From Calcarisporiella thermophila CBS 279.70 (taxonomy: Eukaryota > Fungi > Calcarisporiellomycota), in NCBI RefSeq assembly GCF_041956535.1, contig NW_027192226.1:1-64000 (forward strand): DNA of 64,000 bases. The letters are read 5' to 3'. How positions within the stretch are numbered: the first letter of the stretch is position 1; each line of letters opens with the position of its first letter. The position numbers and the translations under genes were made by a program. Below the pieces are notes generated by a model that saw only the letters and a list, made by a program, of their open reading frames with translations, searched no databases and was not told the origin of the DNA. This document shows positions 12,676-24,886 of this stretch, one piece after another.

Positions 12676-13546
12676 TAAGCTATCCATGCCCTCCCTAAGT
12701 CATCAACCTTATCGAGCCGGATTAAGTCAATTCTTCTGATCGCAGGGTCGAATATATGCGCTCATGACACACAAAATGGGTGCTATGCTCATATCGCGTG
12801 GGTTTGATGTAGAAAAGATGGTAACACCAGGCGTTTAAATATGTCTACTATCGTCTTACTCTACAGATGAGATCGAATGTTAAGCATAGACGTCACTAAT
12901 AAGTTCCCCCCATCTAATCGCGAGAACACTCACAAAAATCCTCTGCATCATCATGAAATGAGGACTACCGATTTAGTCCGTAACCAAATTCTTACTTGAG
13001 TCTAGCGTATGTAACGGCATATGGGAAACGAACAAGTCAGCAGCCAACGCTTCACCTCCCTCTTCTTAATATATTATTTTATTTTATTGTTGGATTGTTA
13101 GTTTCATCCTTCACCTTCTCTTCTTGGGACGATCGAGGAGACATTTTCTAGAGACTCTTTATGTTTACGAAAGCCAGTATCGATGATCATATGATTTATT
13201 TTAGTTTTCGATATTTTTATATTTGTCTGTACTAGCATATTAACTCATTTTATCCAAAAAAATACACCACACCGTGAATCGTGAACTGCTGACTTCCTCT
13301 TGTCCATTTCCCTTGAGCCATCGCATACGCTAGACTTAAGTAAGAATTGGCTTGCCAAATAGAGTTCGATAAGGCTGAGGAACAAGAATTGGCAAAGTGG
13401 TCCTACATTCTAAAATTAGGCATTTGCTGTTGGTGTGAGAAAATGCTCACAGGATATTTTCGACATTTCAAATTTATATCTTTACCCGGCCCTCAAATAT
13501 TTTAATACACCGCACAATAAATCGACTAAAATATAACTGTGTTAAT

Positions 13547-16500
13547 ATGCTCGTATCAACTTCGCCTGCACGATTTCCTATCCCTGGCTCTCTTCCTTCG
13601 CACCATAAGAATCTTATATCTCTATTTCGTTATCAAGCTGGCTGCCACCCAGATAAACCAATTCTACTTTTTCCGGATGCTGATAGCAAGTATTATGAAC
13701 CAATATCCTATTACCAATTCGATCTCATCACAAACCGTGAAGCACGGCGTTGGGCATCTCGCATCAAGTTCACTCGCAAGGGCAGCCATTCTTCTGAACA
13801 AAATCCAGTGGCCCTTCTTTCTCAATCTGTGCCATCCTATCTGCATACAATGTTCGCTTTTTTCAAACTTCGTGTTCCGTTGCTTCTAATAAGCCCAAGT
13901 AATTCACCACTAGCGGTAGAACATATGATCAGAGAATCCGGCTCCTGTGCGTTGATCATCGACCCTGAGCTTAAACATCTGGTGACAGAGAATCTCAGTG
14001 TCCCGGTCCTGCTATATCAATGTTTTAGTCTCGATGAACTAGCTGCCATATCAGCTGATAAAGACGAATTTGCGCCATTAGCAAACGACGAGGATACCAG
14101 CGAAGAAGAAATCGCTTTCATTGTTCACAGCTCTGGGAGTTCTGGATTTCCTAAACTCATTAGACTCTCGAATAAATCCGTTATTTACTCTGGGGCGCTG
14201 CTTCAAACCGTGGATGATTACCCCGGCAACATGCATGACACCACCCTGATTACTGTACCTATATTTCATGGCTTTGGAAATCATGCCGCCATAACACAAA
14301 TCTGCCTTTTCGGTGCGACAGTCGCACTCCCGCTCAGAAAGACATGGCCGCTAGGTCCAGCCGACGTATTGGAAGGATTGGCCAAGTCCAATGCAACCAT
14401 CCTCTATATCATTCCAAGTCTGTTAGAAGAGGTTGGAAACGAGCTTAGGCTGAACAGTGGGGAGAGCCACAAAGATTCTACCTGGGAATTGCTTAGGCGA
14501 CTCAAGTTCATAGGATTTGCCGGAGCGCCCTTGTCGATCCATGTTCTCGAATTGATGAATGATCAGGGGGTCAATGTGGTTGCTATTTTCGGCAGCAGCG
14601 AGTCGGGGTTAATCATGACGGGCGTCTTCCGCCGAGAGATGAAAAAGGTCCTGCCGGATGCCTCCGTTGCACTTCGTATACCATGGCCAGTGAGATACCG
14701 CTGGATAGAACACCCTGATGTCGGTGGAGGGGTCAAAGAACTTGTTATCCTTAGTGACAACCCAATGTCAGCGGATATGCCAATCAACACACAGGAGGGC
14801 GACTATCGTACCGGCGATCTTTTTGTGGAGCGCAATGGATATTACTATATACTCAATAGATTGGGCAACATTCTTGTGCATAGTAATGGCGAGAAAACGG
14901 ACCCTTTGCCAATGGAAATGAAACTTTGTGAACACCATCTAATCGAGAAAGCAATTGTGATTGGGCACAACCGCGTGTGCACGGCCGCACTCATACAATT
15001 GGAATCCGCACGGGCTGAACGCTTGCCACTATTAGAAGTGGTGCGGGAGGTTGAACAGGCTGTGAGCATAGCCAACATCAATGCGCCAAGACACTCGCGA
15101 ATATTACCAGAGGTTAGCTTAAATGCATTATATATTGCAATGGAATATCTCGCAAGTTTGAAATACACTTGTGAATATTAATCTGCACATTGTTTTCTTC
15201 CAGATGATCTACGTTTTTCCACTTCGAGGAAAGAAATTCCCATTGTCAGATAAAGGAAGTGTCCTTCGTAAACGCGTAGATATCGAACTTGCGGAAGAGA
15301 TAAAACAACTCTATAGTCGTTTTCTGGAAGGTAGTGAACATGGTATAGAACCAGCAGGCTTACACTGGGCCAATATACCAGAAGATACTAAGTGTAGAGA
15401 AAGTATACGAGAACAACTTCGAGAAATCCTAATTAGCATTTTACGACCTGAAAAGGCAGCTCTCATTACAGGCTCCAATAAATGGGAGTCTTTAGGGTTC
15501 TTTGATAGCCTTGGGATGGACTCACTCGATGTTACACGCCTACGCAACCGAATAATTCAAACATACCCGCCATCCAAACTTGGCCATGTTCTATCTCTGA
15601 GCTTCATTTACCAGTGTACAACTATCGAAGCTCTGATCGATCACATCGAAAATTCTCGGCTATATAAACATGAAGCTAGAATTATGTCTACAGAAGCTGA
15701 CAAGGAGTTGTCATACATAGACGCACAACAACTTGCTACCACTGAGCTGATCAATAAATACTCCAATTTCTCTGGTCTTTTGGGCCAATCGCAACATCAA
15801 ACCCATGAACTTCCGGAGAAGGGTGCGATAGTGTTGCTGACGGGAGCTACGGGTTCATTGGGTGCCTTTGTATTGTATGGACTATTGTTGAAATCCATTG
15901 AGAAAGTGCGAAAAGTGTATTGTCTTGTGCGGGACGTAGAAGATGAAGCACATGCCTTCCGTAGGGTGCAGAAATCGTTTAAAAAGTATCAACTAGATCC
16001 GATGATCCTCGATCAAGAAGAAAATCATGGCCGGCTTGTGGTATTATCAGGATATGATATGTCAGATAGCAAACTCGGTCAATCACAAGAAGTTTTCCAG
16101 CAGCTACAACAAGAAGTGACGGACATATTTCACATTGCGTGGATGCTTTCATTTAATGTTCCCGTGCAAGCATATGCCAATGAATGTCTGCCAGGGATCT
16201 ACAATTTAATCGCCCTCGCGATCAGTAGCACCAGGCCAAAGCGTATATTGTACACATCTAGCGTTGGCGCGTGTCTTAATTATAGATGCCTGGGCAATGG
16301 TTCCATTGTACCTGAAACTGGCCTTCCTGAAAACCATCCGGAAGTTGCAGTAAATTCCGGCTACGGGCTATCTAAATATGCTTCGGAACAAATCCTGCTG
16401 CGCTCAGCAGTTCAGCTTGGATTAAATATAGTGATTGCTCGTATAGGTCAGATTTGTGGCGATAGCAAGAGTGGTATTTGGACAAAGATAGATGAGATGA

Positions 16501-17033
16501 TCTCAATGTTGACAATCTATGCACCTACTGTGATGCGCGCAATGCCGGATCTCGACGGTATCCTTCAGATCGACTGGGTTCCAGTGGATATTGTGGCGGA
16601 TAGCCTGCTGGAGCTTAGTCTAGATACTACACCATCGCGGCAACAAGCAATGATCTACCATATTGTCAATCCTCATCCGGTACCATGGTCTACCCTTGTT
16701 AATGCCTTGCAAAGCGTGTATCGGAAGGATCCGTTCATGCTGCTCCCACCCGAAGAATGGCTAGCGCTGTTGAAGAGATATGAGGGAGAAAATGTTAGCA
16801 TAGAAAAGGGTGAATTACGAAATCCTCTAGTCCGGCTGATTCCCTTTTTCGAATCAGTGCTTCTCAATCCCTCAGCATACACAAAAAACATAGGCCCCCT
16901 TACTTTTGAGACCCATCAATCGTGCAGAGCCAGTCCATCGCTTAGGTCATGCGAAGCTTTCGATGAGAATCTTCTTCGCAAGTATATGGAGTATTGGCGA
17001 GATAAAGGACTTTTGAAATTGCAACCCCATTAA
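13547..17033 (+). CDS. NRPS-like carboxylic-acid reductase (adenylation, thiolation, terminal reductase), ~1131 aa, 2 exons (13547-15112, 15204-17033)
   Basis: A-domain motifs FIVHSSGSSGFPK, FGSSESG, YRTGDLF, NGEK. Carrier motif FFDSLGMDSL. Reductase motifs VLLTGATGSLG and GYGLSK. A phase-0 intron 15113-15203 (GTTAGC..CAG) fuses the two ORFs. Confidence 0.92.
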
Positions 17034-19141
17034 TAATGGAGTTGTTGGCAGTAAACGCTTTTTGTTGTATTTGTTCAAACTTTAACGAGATCCCGCATTT
17101 TAACTGGCTAAATTGGTTTCTTCATAATCAAAGTATCAAAATATTCGCGTAAAAATAAACCCTCGACGCTATCCTTAACGCGATTAATATGTATATGCAG
17201 CCAATTATGTGTCAGAGATTTTTTGTTCATATCGAGGGGCATTAGAGGGATGTGTTTTTGCATTTTCGCGCTGGTGGCCCTTAATCGTAGTGAATTTTTC
17301 AACATCAATATTCTTCAAACTCGTGGATTTCACTGGAAGTTGAGCTCAACAAGTTACAATACAATATCTGCACTAGTCATTTCAGTTTTTTCTCTTCCAC
17401 TAGCCTGGATCCGAGCAGATGTTCAAGTTTTTGAGAATTGCATTCACTTCAAGAGATTTATAGATCTTCTTTACTACTACAATGCGTCTACGCTTATCCA
17501 ATTTAATCGCCCTATCATTGTACCAAATATACAGTAAACTAACTAAAACTAACCGTTTTTCGAAACACTTCAGCCAACAAGAAATTTCGCAGTTTATTTG
17601 CTCAAAACATGCGAAATGTTGTCATATTCTCTGTATAGATCTTATCCATAATTTCTTCCGGTATACTCTCTTCATCATCTTTCTGCTTTTCACCAAACGA
17701 TTCCTCCAAGTTGTAAAATATAATTCCACAAATTATTAATCAACAGCTCATCATGTCCTTCAAACACAATGAATGTGAATCTAATCGAGTAACGATGTGA
17801 TAAATAGTGCAATGAATAATAATGGATTGTTGCATTTACTTTTTCTCGTACGCTAGCGCTTGCTATCCTATAGCTTGTCCTGATAATACGCTGAATATTT
17901 GCTATGGAAATCTTCGACTGAGAAGCCCTCTGCCATGATTCCGTAACTTTGCCAGGAAATGCCTTTTAATAAATAGTTTCTTTATCTATCCCATTGTCAT
18001 CATATAATGAGTGACCAAGTGAAATTCTCTTGAAGATTATTTCCTAAGTTCAGTCAAATTTAGAATCTCATTAGCTTTGTCCGAGTGAAACTACTGTTCA
18101 ATGCGTCCTACTTTCGATAGGTGATATGATTGGCCCAGAAATGTTCAATATAATTGGATAGAGAGAATTGAACTAAAAGATTGTTTCTCATGATTGAGTC
18201 ATGAATAAATTCTAAAAATCCTTTATTAAGAGTTTTATGTTTTATGTTCATGTTAACCCTATTTCAAGACTAAATTCTCTTTAGAAATATTAAATAAGAG
18301 TATCCAAAATTTGAGTAACAAATCCTTTATTCTTGTATAACATAAACATATAACCACCTTAATTGCAACTCTAATTGGATTTTTCACATTAGCTGTAGAG
18401 TTTCAAGCAATATGATTTAAAGAAAATGTTCTCGTTGAGAGATTTTATTTTAACTTCAGATCATATGGGAAATCTAGTATAAATGAATGGCGTGAGAATG
18501 CATTTTTATGAAACTTTAGAATATTCATTTATAGCACTTATTGCACCGATTTCACAATATACAACTCAATTTTATATACCGAGAATTTGGAATAGAGATA
18601 TTTGTGAACAAAGTCAGCGTTTTCTCCTCTATATTTATTGAAACAGTTGATATTTACAAAAGCAATATATGGCATATATCATACATGATTGACAGCGGCA
18701 AAAAATTATGTCTAACAGTATAGAGATTGTTAGTAAAACACATGCGTGAACAATCTTTAAAATCTGTTGATTTTTTTTTGGGTATGATAATGTAAACTAG
18801 GATTACGCTTTTCAAAATCTCTACCATGGCTGCCCAAGAGCTCGGCAATCAGCTCGGCTCTCGAAGTTGAGATTTAAAATATTAAAACTTAGTTTCGATA
18901 ACATATCTAGTTAGCTCTTTAATGTTGAGCGTGATTTTATGACATTTCCATATAATTCCATAGCTTTCCTCCTAAACCAACCTTTTATCTTAACTGTAGC
19001 TAAGTTATGTCAAATACTACAGAGCACAAATAAAATATAAATATTCCTAGAAATACTGCACCAAACATAATGATCCATCACGTTTAATCTCATTGATAAC
19101 GGCGCTATGGCTAAACTTTTCGTAGCGTTGCAGGAGTTTAT

Positions 19142-20180
19142 TTAGCACCTTCTCCATTGGAATTGGTAGATCTGCTGAATCTTGCCATCGATGGTGTCAG
19201 TAGTGAGCAACCCAGTGGCTATTTTTTTAGTAGATATTGAATTCTTAAATACCTTTTTAAATAAGTACAATGGCAAAGATAAATCCACGTACCATCCTTG
19301 GGGGCATTTGAGTCAGCGCTGATACGAATATTGGTGTTAATATTAACATTCCGTGTTGCATTGCATGATGACCAAACTGTAGACTCGATAGGAATTTCAT
19401 CCACGATCAAGTAGTTCTGGTCATATGGGCCATCAAATCCGCTGCGCACAGTATATTGAGGTGCAGACCCTAAATATTTTAGATGATCTTTCTGTAAATG
19501 GATCCCGAAACCAGCGAGCAAATATCAGTCCCAAACCTGAGAAATAATAAGTGCTGGATTGTATACCGTGAACACCTTTATCCATGCGTGCATAGCCGCG
19601 ATAGATTGCTGAGGCTAAATAGTTTGAAAAAGAAGAAAAATAATATTGTTCGATTTAGTCTTTCATATCAACGCATTATCTTGAATCTTTCCAATGAAAA
19701 CGTACCAACAGAGTATTGCCAGCCTAATGGAACGTGGAGGTCTATTGAAAGCTGGCAGAACTTGCGGTTTTCCACAGGTCTAATATCTGGGCCATATTGT
19801 GCGATATACTCGCTGAATATAAGGGTGAAGACAGTAGCATCGCCTTGATACCAAAAACAAATGAGAGAATTTTGATTGAACCAATGCAGATTCGCATATT
19901 TGTAGGAAAATTACTTACGAGATAATACTTCGGTTACACTCTTGGGCGGACATCCACTTCCATTGTATTTGATGTCTTTGGAATTGAGAAAATTGAAAAG
20001 TTAGATTGTTTTCATAGGAAACGATTATTTCCACAGCGAAATAAGATCACACCGCTTACCTCTGACATACACCTTATTTGGATCTGGATTCTCTGCTTCA
20101 TCCTGACGCTTGGTAATGGTTGAAGCCGTCACAGCGGTGGCCGCGAACAAGGCGAGAGTGGCAAAGAGAGTGAATTTCAT
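19142..20180 (-). CDS. Secreted DUF4360-family protein, 6 exons
   Basis: Signal MKFTLFATLALFAA followed by KR. The spliced product contains YNGSGCP, FTLIFSEY, RKFCQLSIDLHVPLGWQYSV, YRGYA, STYYFSG, TVWSSC, NINTNIRI and TTDTIDG..FQWRRC*. All five GT-AG introns splice in frame. Confidence 0.88.
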
Positions 20181-22484
20181 AGCTTCCTTATTGAGGAGAA
20201 ATATATGGGCTGTTTTTTGAAGATTGGGGGTAGAAAGAGTGAGGACTATTTCACGCAGCGAGACTCCAAATTTATATTGCATTCAATGGCGTTGTGGCTG
20301 TCTTATTATCTACGGTCAATCATGCTTCTTTTGCATTTATTCATGAATCCTCTCGCACACCCATTGAGGCTCTAGTAGGGCAAAGAGCTCTCCTTAAGCA
20401 TGAACTTCGATCAATTGGTTGAGCACGCCATCACCGATGAGAAGACTTTGTGCGCATTATCCCAAATAAATCTTGTCAGCAAGTTTGTGCAAGATATCTT
20501 AAATTATGATTATGTAATTAAAAGTCTGAATATAAAATGAATCTTCTCCTATTTTCAAACTTGTTTAAATTGTATTTTTTTAAAAAAAAATAAAAAAGAT
20601 CTACTTACTTTTCATGGCTTTTTAATATCACGCGATCTACTCTCTTGCGAGTCCTTATGTTTATATATTCTACTCGTTTTGGATGGAAAAAACACAATCA
20701 CTGATTACGGAATTTGAATTTAACACCTATTTCAAGTATTAAATTTCTGCTTCTCTCGAAACACCTGGCCTAAACACTATATTCTTTAAAGTTTAAGCAT
20801 TTGCCATCTATAAAATTGTATATTCTTAATTTATCATTTGAAAATACTGTATGCTTATGGTTCTCAGATCATTTTATTTGTTCTATATAGCATTTAATTT
20901 AAATTTCTCACGTAAATCCCGTAATGTGAATCATTACAAATATTACTTATTGTTCTGTATTTTAGACTTGGAATATTTTGATGAACATTAAACCTTTGGA
21001 TGCGCCACAGAAGCTTTGGTTTATAATTAACCTTACCAATTCAACTATCTCTTTGGCCTTGGCAATAAAAAACACGATGTAACTTTTTCTACGCTTTTGG
21101 GGATTCTTATAGTCTGACTACCTACTACTTGGGATGCAATTCAGTTGAATTAATTCTGCCCAAAATTGAAACTACATAAGAATGTTATCACTAAAGGCAT
21201 CTGTTAGAATATCACCACATGGAATGTAATACAATGACTATATTTATCAACTTTAAACGTTAACATTTATGAAAAAGTAGCCACTTTTCTCTCCTCCAAT
21301 AAGACATATTACAAACTTTAGGCACTTAAACCGACCAATTTAGATTGACCTGGTATTACTAACAAATGATATTGATTCGCAGTCTGTGTCGGGATCTGAG
21401 CCTGTTGCTTTGAGTTGGCGAGTTAGTAGATCAAAAGATACGTTTTGAAATTTACGGCTACCATGACTATGGTTAATAATTCTCGAAATAGCATAAGTGT
21501 TTAGCAAAGAACTAACAACTCCTATTTTTGCTTCTATCTTGTTCTATTGATAATGAAATATAAAGCAATATGAGACGTTGTGAGCATTTTGGCCTTATCA
21601 AATAGCATAATCTCATCAAACGATAAATTTAAATTGAAAACAAATATTAAAATGTGAAGATCATAATGAGATGGTTATATCTCAGAGACGTTGTATATAT
21701 AGCGCTTAGTTTGTATCATCTGCTGTGTTTAAATCTTCCTCCTCTATTTACTTAAACTAGCCACTATCTTAGTTTTTAAACTAGGTTACTTAATAACTTA
21801 ACAACTCTGTGTCCTTGGATCCTGATATAGCCCAAGACAACACTCAGGGCAAGTAAATCAATATCAAGCTTGTGGCCAATAAAATTCCTTTCAATGCAAC
21901 ATTTTGCGTAATTTTTTAATATTTATATCAATTTTGCATAGTTAATTTGACTAGCTTTCAGAGAATCAGTGTGAATAGCAAATGTATTATTGATGGCTAT
22001 TAGATGGCACTATACGAACTAGTAGAAAAGTGTGCAGTCCGAGTGTTTATAGCATTACTGTCTTACTTGATGGTCCTAGCAGTTGATCAGTTTGCTAAAT
22101 TCCATTTTACTTGTCATATTATGAATGAGTATAATCGATCCTTAGCTTGAGCCGAGTCGCTTCCACTTACTCCTCAGTGACTCTAGAGCAAAATTTATGC
22201 TGCTGTCCAATGGGAGATAATTATTGCTGCATTCATATTGATAAACTACAGCGGTCCAAAGGAGTCAGCAGTTGAGTTTATAAACGCCACCACCATAATT
22301 ATACAGATTTCAAGGGTAAAATGAATTATATCTCGTCACATGGGTGAATATGGGGGGAAAATTGGCGTAACTCCAAACTAGAAAAAGTAATGTGTAAAAT
22401 TTCCTTTACATTTTGATAACATTAAATGTTAGGCAATTGTCATTTCTCTTTCGTTAGAGCACTTATTACATCTACACAGTGATA

Positions 22485-23486
22485 ATGGCTAAAATCTCTG
22501 AATCAGTCAAGTCAAGGATCATTTCATTGGCTCGAAAAGGTCGAAGTAGTCGAAAGATTTCTGAACTCACTGGAGTTAGCACCTCGACTATCTATAAATA
22601 CCGTAACCAATATTTGCCTCAATCATCCGCACAATCCTCAGGACGTTCACGCAAACTTCCAGATAAAAAAGCGCAAAGACTAGTTCGAAATATCACTTCT
22701 AGTGGAGTAAGAAGCGAGGATGAGGCTCGACAAATTCTAAAAGAGAAATACGATGCCCAAGTTTCAATTAATCTATTAAGGAGCGCACTTCAGCGAGCTG
22801 GAGTGGAATCGAGAAGTAAAAAGCCTCCTCTGCGAGAATCAAATAAGAAAGCGAGATTGGCATTTGCCCGTAAATATAAAAATTGGACGGTAGAAGATTG
22901 GAAGAAAGTAGTATGGTCGGGGAAATTTGCAACCTACGTGCCCGGAACTTATAGGAGCATATATTACTATGCTCGCCCCAATGACCCTCCAAAGTTCCGG
23001 GGTCCTGACACGCCAGGAGGGGATGAAGTTTGTGTTTGGGGTTGCATAACCTCGAAAGGTGTTGGTTTTATGTGTAGGATTGAGGAAGGATTGGATGCTG
23101 AGCTTTACCAGAGAATTCTTGAAGATGAGCTAATGAGGACGCTTGAATGGTACGATTTATCAAAAGATCAGGTTATATTTCAACAAAGTAACGCTCCAAC
23201 GCATGTCGCGCGCAGTACAATGGAGTGGATCGAGGAAAATGGCATTACATTGTTAGATTGGCCATCCATGTCTCCGGATCTCAATCCTATAGAGAGTATA
23301 TGGGCTAAGCTCACGCATCTCCTAGAGAATCGCGAACAAAAGCCTTCCAGCATTGAAGAGCTTTGGGATGCAATTCAGGAATTATGGGAAAAGATTGAGC
23401 CGGAATTTTGTGTAAAAGCGATAGAGACAATGCCTCAGCGTATAAAAGATGTTTTGGAAGCGAGAGGTGGCAGGACTAGTTGGTAG
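22485..23486 (+). CDS. Tc1/IS630-family transposase-derived protein; intact ORF with catalytic D1 and D2 replaced (G..S-34-E)
   Basis: Two HTH regions with a GRSRK linker, ARLAFARKYKNWTVEDWKKVVWS, VWGCIT, FQQSNAPTH, WPSMSPDLNPIE, MPQRIKDV..ARGG. No terminal inverted repeats seen by eye. Confidence 0.9.
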   Translation: MAKISESVKSRIISLARKGRSSRKISELTGVSTSTIYKYRNQYLPQSSAQSSGRSRKLPDKKAQRLVRNITSSGVRSEDEARQILKEKYDAQVSINLLRSALQRAGVESRSKKPPLRESNKKARLAFARKYKNWTVEDWKKVVWSGKFATYVPGTYRSIYYYARPNDPPKFRGPDTPGGDEVCVWGCITSKGVGFMCRIEEGLDAELYQRILEDELMRTLEWYDLSKDQVIFQQSNAPTHVARSTMEWIEENGITLLDWPSMSPDLNPIESIWAKLTHLLENREQKPSSIEELWDAIQELWEKIEPEFCVKAIETMPQRIKDVLEARGGRTSW

Positions 23487-23819
23487 CGAAAACGGGATAA
23501 AAAGCATGTTTAACCATGTTGAACTAGGAAGTAAGGTGGACGCGTATCTCAAATCGGGCTCTTGCGGGGGCCTTGGCGATTTGTGAGTGGAAAAACGCTG
23601 CCAAGTTGTACAGCATATTAAAATGCGATGTATATGTGCAATAGCACAAAGCAGGAGAGGTTATATATTTTAATATATATCTTTTTCTCAACCTCAATTG
23701 ACTATATTATTTCGTATCTGACCAGCATTTTGATGCATGGCACTTTCATTGTGGAAAGTAGTTATGTAATATATGCAATAAATACAAGAAACAACAGCTT
23801 TCGTTCTGCTCTAAACTCA

Positions 23820-24350
23820 TTAATGCATTGTGAACCTTGGGGCGTCGAGTGAAAGCGGGACACCAACGGGGCCAGCAGGACTGACAACGCCAGAAGAACC
23901 GACGGGGCCGACAGGGCCAACAGCACCAGAAGGACCAACGGGGCCGACAGGGCCAACAGCACCAGAAGGACCAACGGGGCCAGCAGGACCAATAACGCCA
24001 GAAGGACCAACGGGACCAACAGGACCAACGGGACCAACAGGACCAACTACGCCAGTAGGACCAACAGGACCAACAGGACCAATGACACCAGTAGGACCAA
24101 CGGGACCAACAGGACCAACAACGCCAGAAGGACCGACGGGGCCTACAGGACCAATAACGCCAGTAGGACCAACATGGCCAACTGGGCCGACGGGATTTGC
24201 TGCACTAACTCCGGAAGGGTGTTTGGCGCATCGAATTTTCACATTTATTGCTTCATTCTGATTTATATTATCGGGACATCCAATGTAGCCAGCTTGGATA
24301 TTAGTAAACAATAGAAATGTCAAGCTTGCAAACAAAATTGTCTGTTTCAT
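23820..24350 (-). CDS. Secreted collagen-like (Gly-X-Y) protein
   Basis: Signal peptide [20 protein letters not shown], a short two-Cys segment, then 34 uninterrupted G-X-Y triplets, mostly GPV. Confidence 0.8.
   Translation of the reverse strand: MKQTILFASLTFLLFTNIQAGYIGCPDNINQNEAINVKIRCAKHPSGVSAANPVGPVGHVGPTGVIGPVGPVGPSGVVGPVGPVGPTGVIGPVGPVGPTGVVGPVGPVGPVGPVGPSGVIGPAGPVGPSGAVGPVGPVGPSGAVGPVGPVGSSGVVSPAGPVGVPLSLDAPRFTMH
23860..24195. repeat. Coding tandem repeat with a 9-nt unit and 36-nt higher-order period
   Basis: Repeated ggaccaac(a/g) units on the + strand, encoding GPV-GPV-GP(T/S)-G(V/A)(V/I) on the - strand. Confidence 0.9.
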
Positions 24351-24886
24351 TTGAACTCGATATACCAGATAAAATAATCAAACAATTAATGCGACCAAAC
24401 AGAAATAATATATATGTTTGTTAATAAACCAGGGGTGTATAATTAAATACGCATGGGAAAAATAATCCCTTACACCCTAACCCTGAAAATTAATATTTGA
24501 ATTTCGAATTAATTTACTGAGGGGAACATTTTACTGATATCCAATTCAATAATTATATATATTCATATTTCCGTGCTTTAAAGCCATTTGCTTTTATCCT
24601 GACCAAAATTTATACCTTTTTTTACAAGACCATGCACAAATTATTATATATTATAGGCTTGGTTACTATTACCTAAACTATATGTTGAGTTCGAAATATC
24701 TTTGTAATAAGATATGAATCCCACTATTTTTCCGTAATGTATGTTGGTAGCGATCCCCTGAAGAATATATATATTGATATGAACGGCATTGTCAAACACA
24801 TGGTAAAGCCATTATAACATCTTCTGGTTCCGTTTCGATATATCAGTAAGAAAAAAAAAAGAAATATCAAATGGGCATTACGAAAA

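Noticed and set aside
17108-17760. Short ORFs downstream of the reductase gene
   Set aside because: No coherent gene model or motif; probably a decayed gene or TE fragment.
22247-22270. TACAG.. as a possible left Tc1 terminal inverted repeat
   Set aside because: No matching reverse complement was found downstream of the transposase ORF.
23830-24261. Plus-strand ORF encoding a (GPT)n collagen resembling bacterial BclA
   Set aside because: It is the antisense shadow of the GPV repeat, because GGN-CCN codons are complementary. It has no ATG start or signal peptide, whereas the minus frame has both.
24470-24486. Telomere-like ccctaaccct
   Set aside because: Fewer than two full units; expected by chance.
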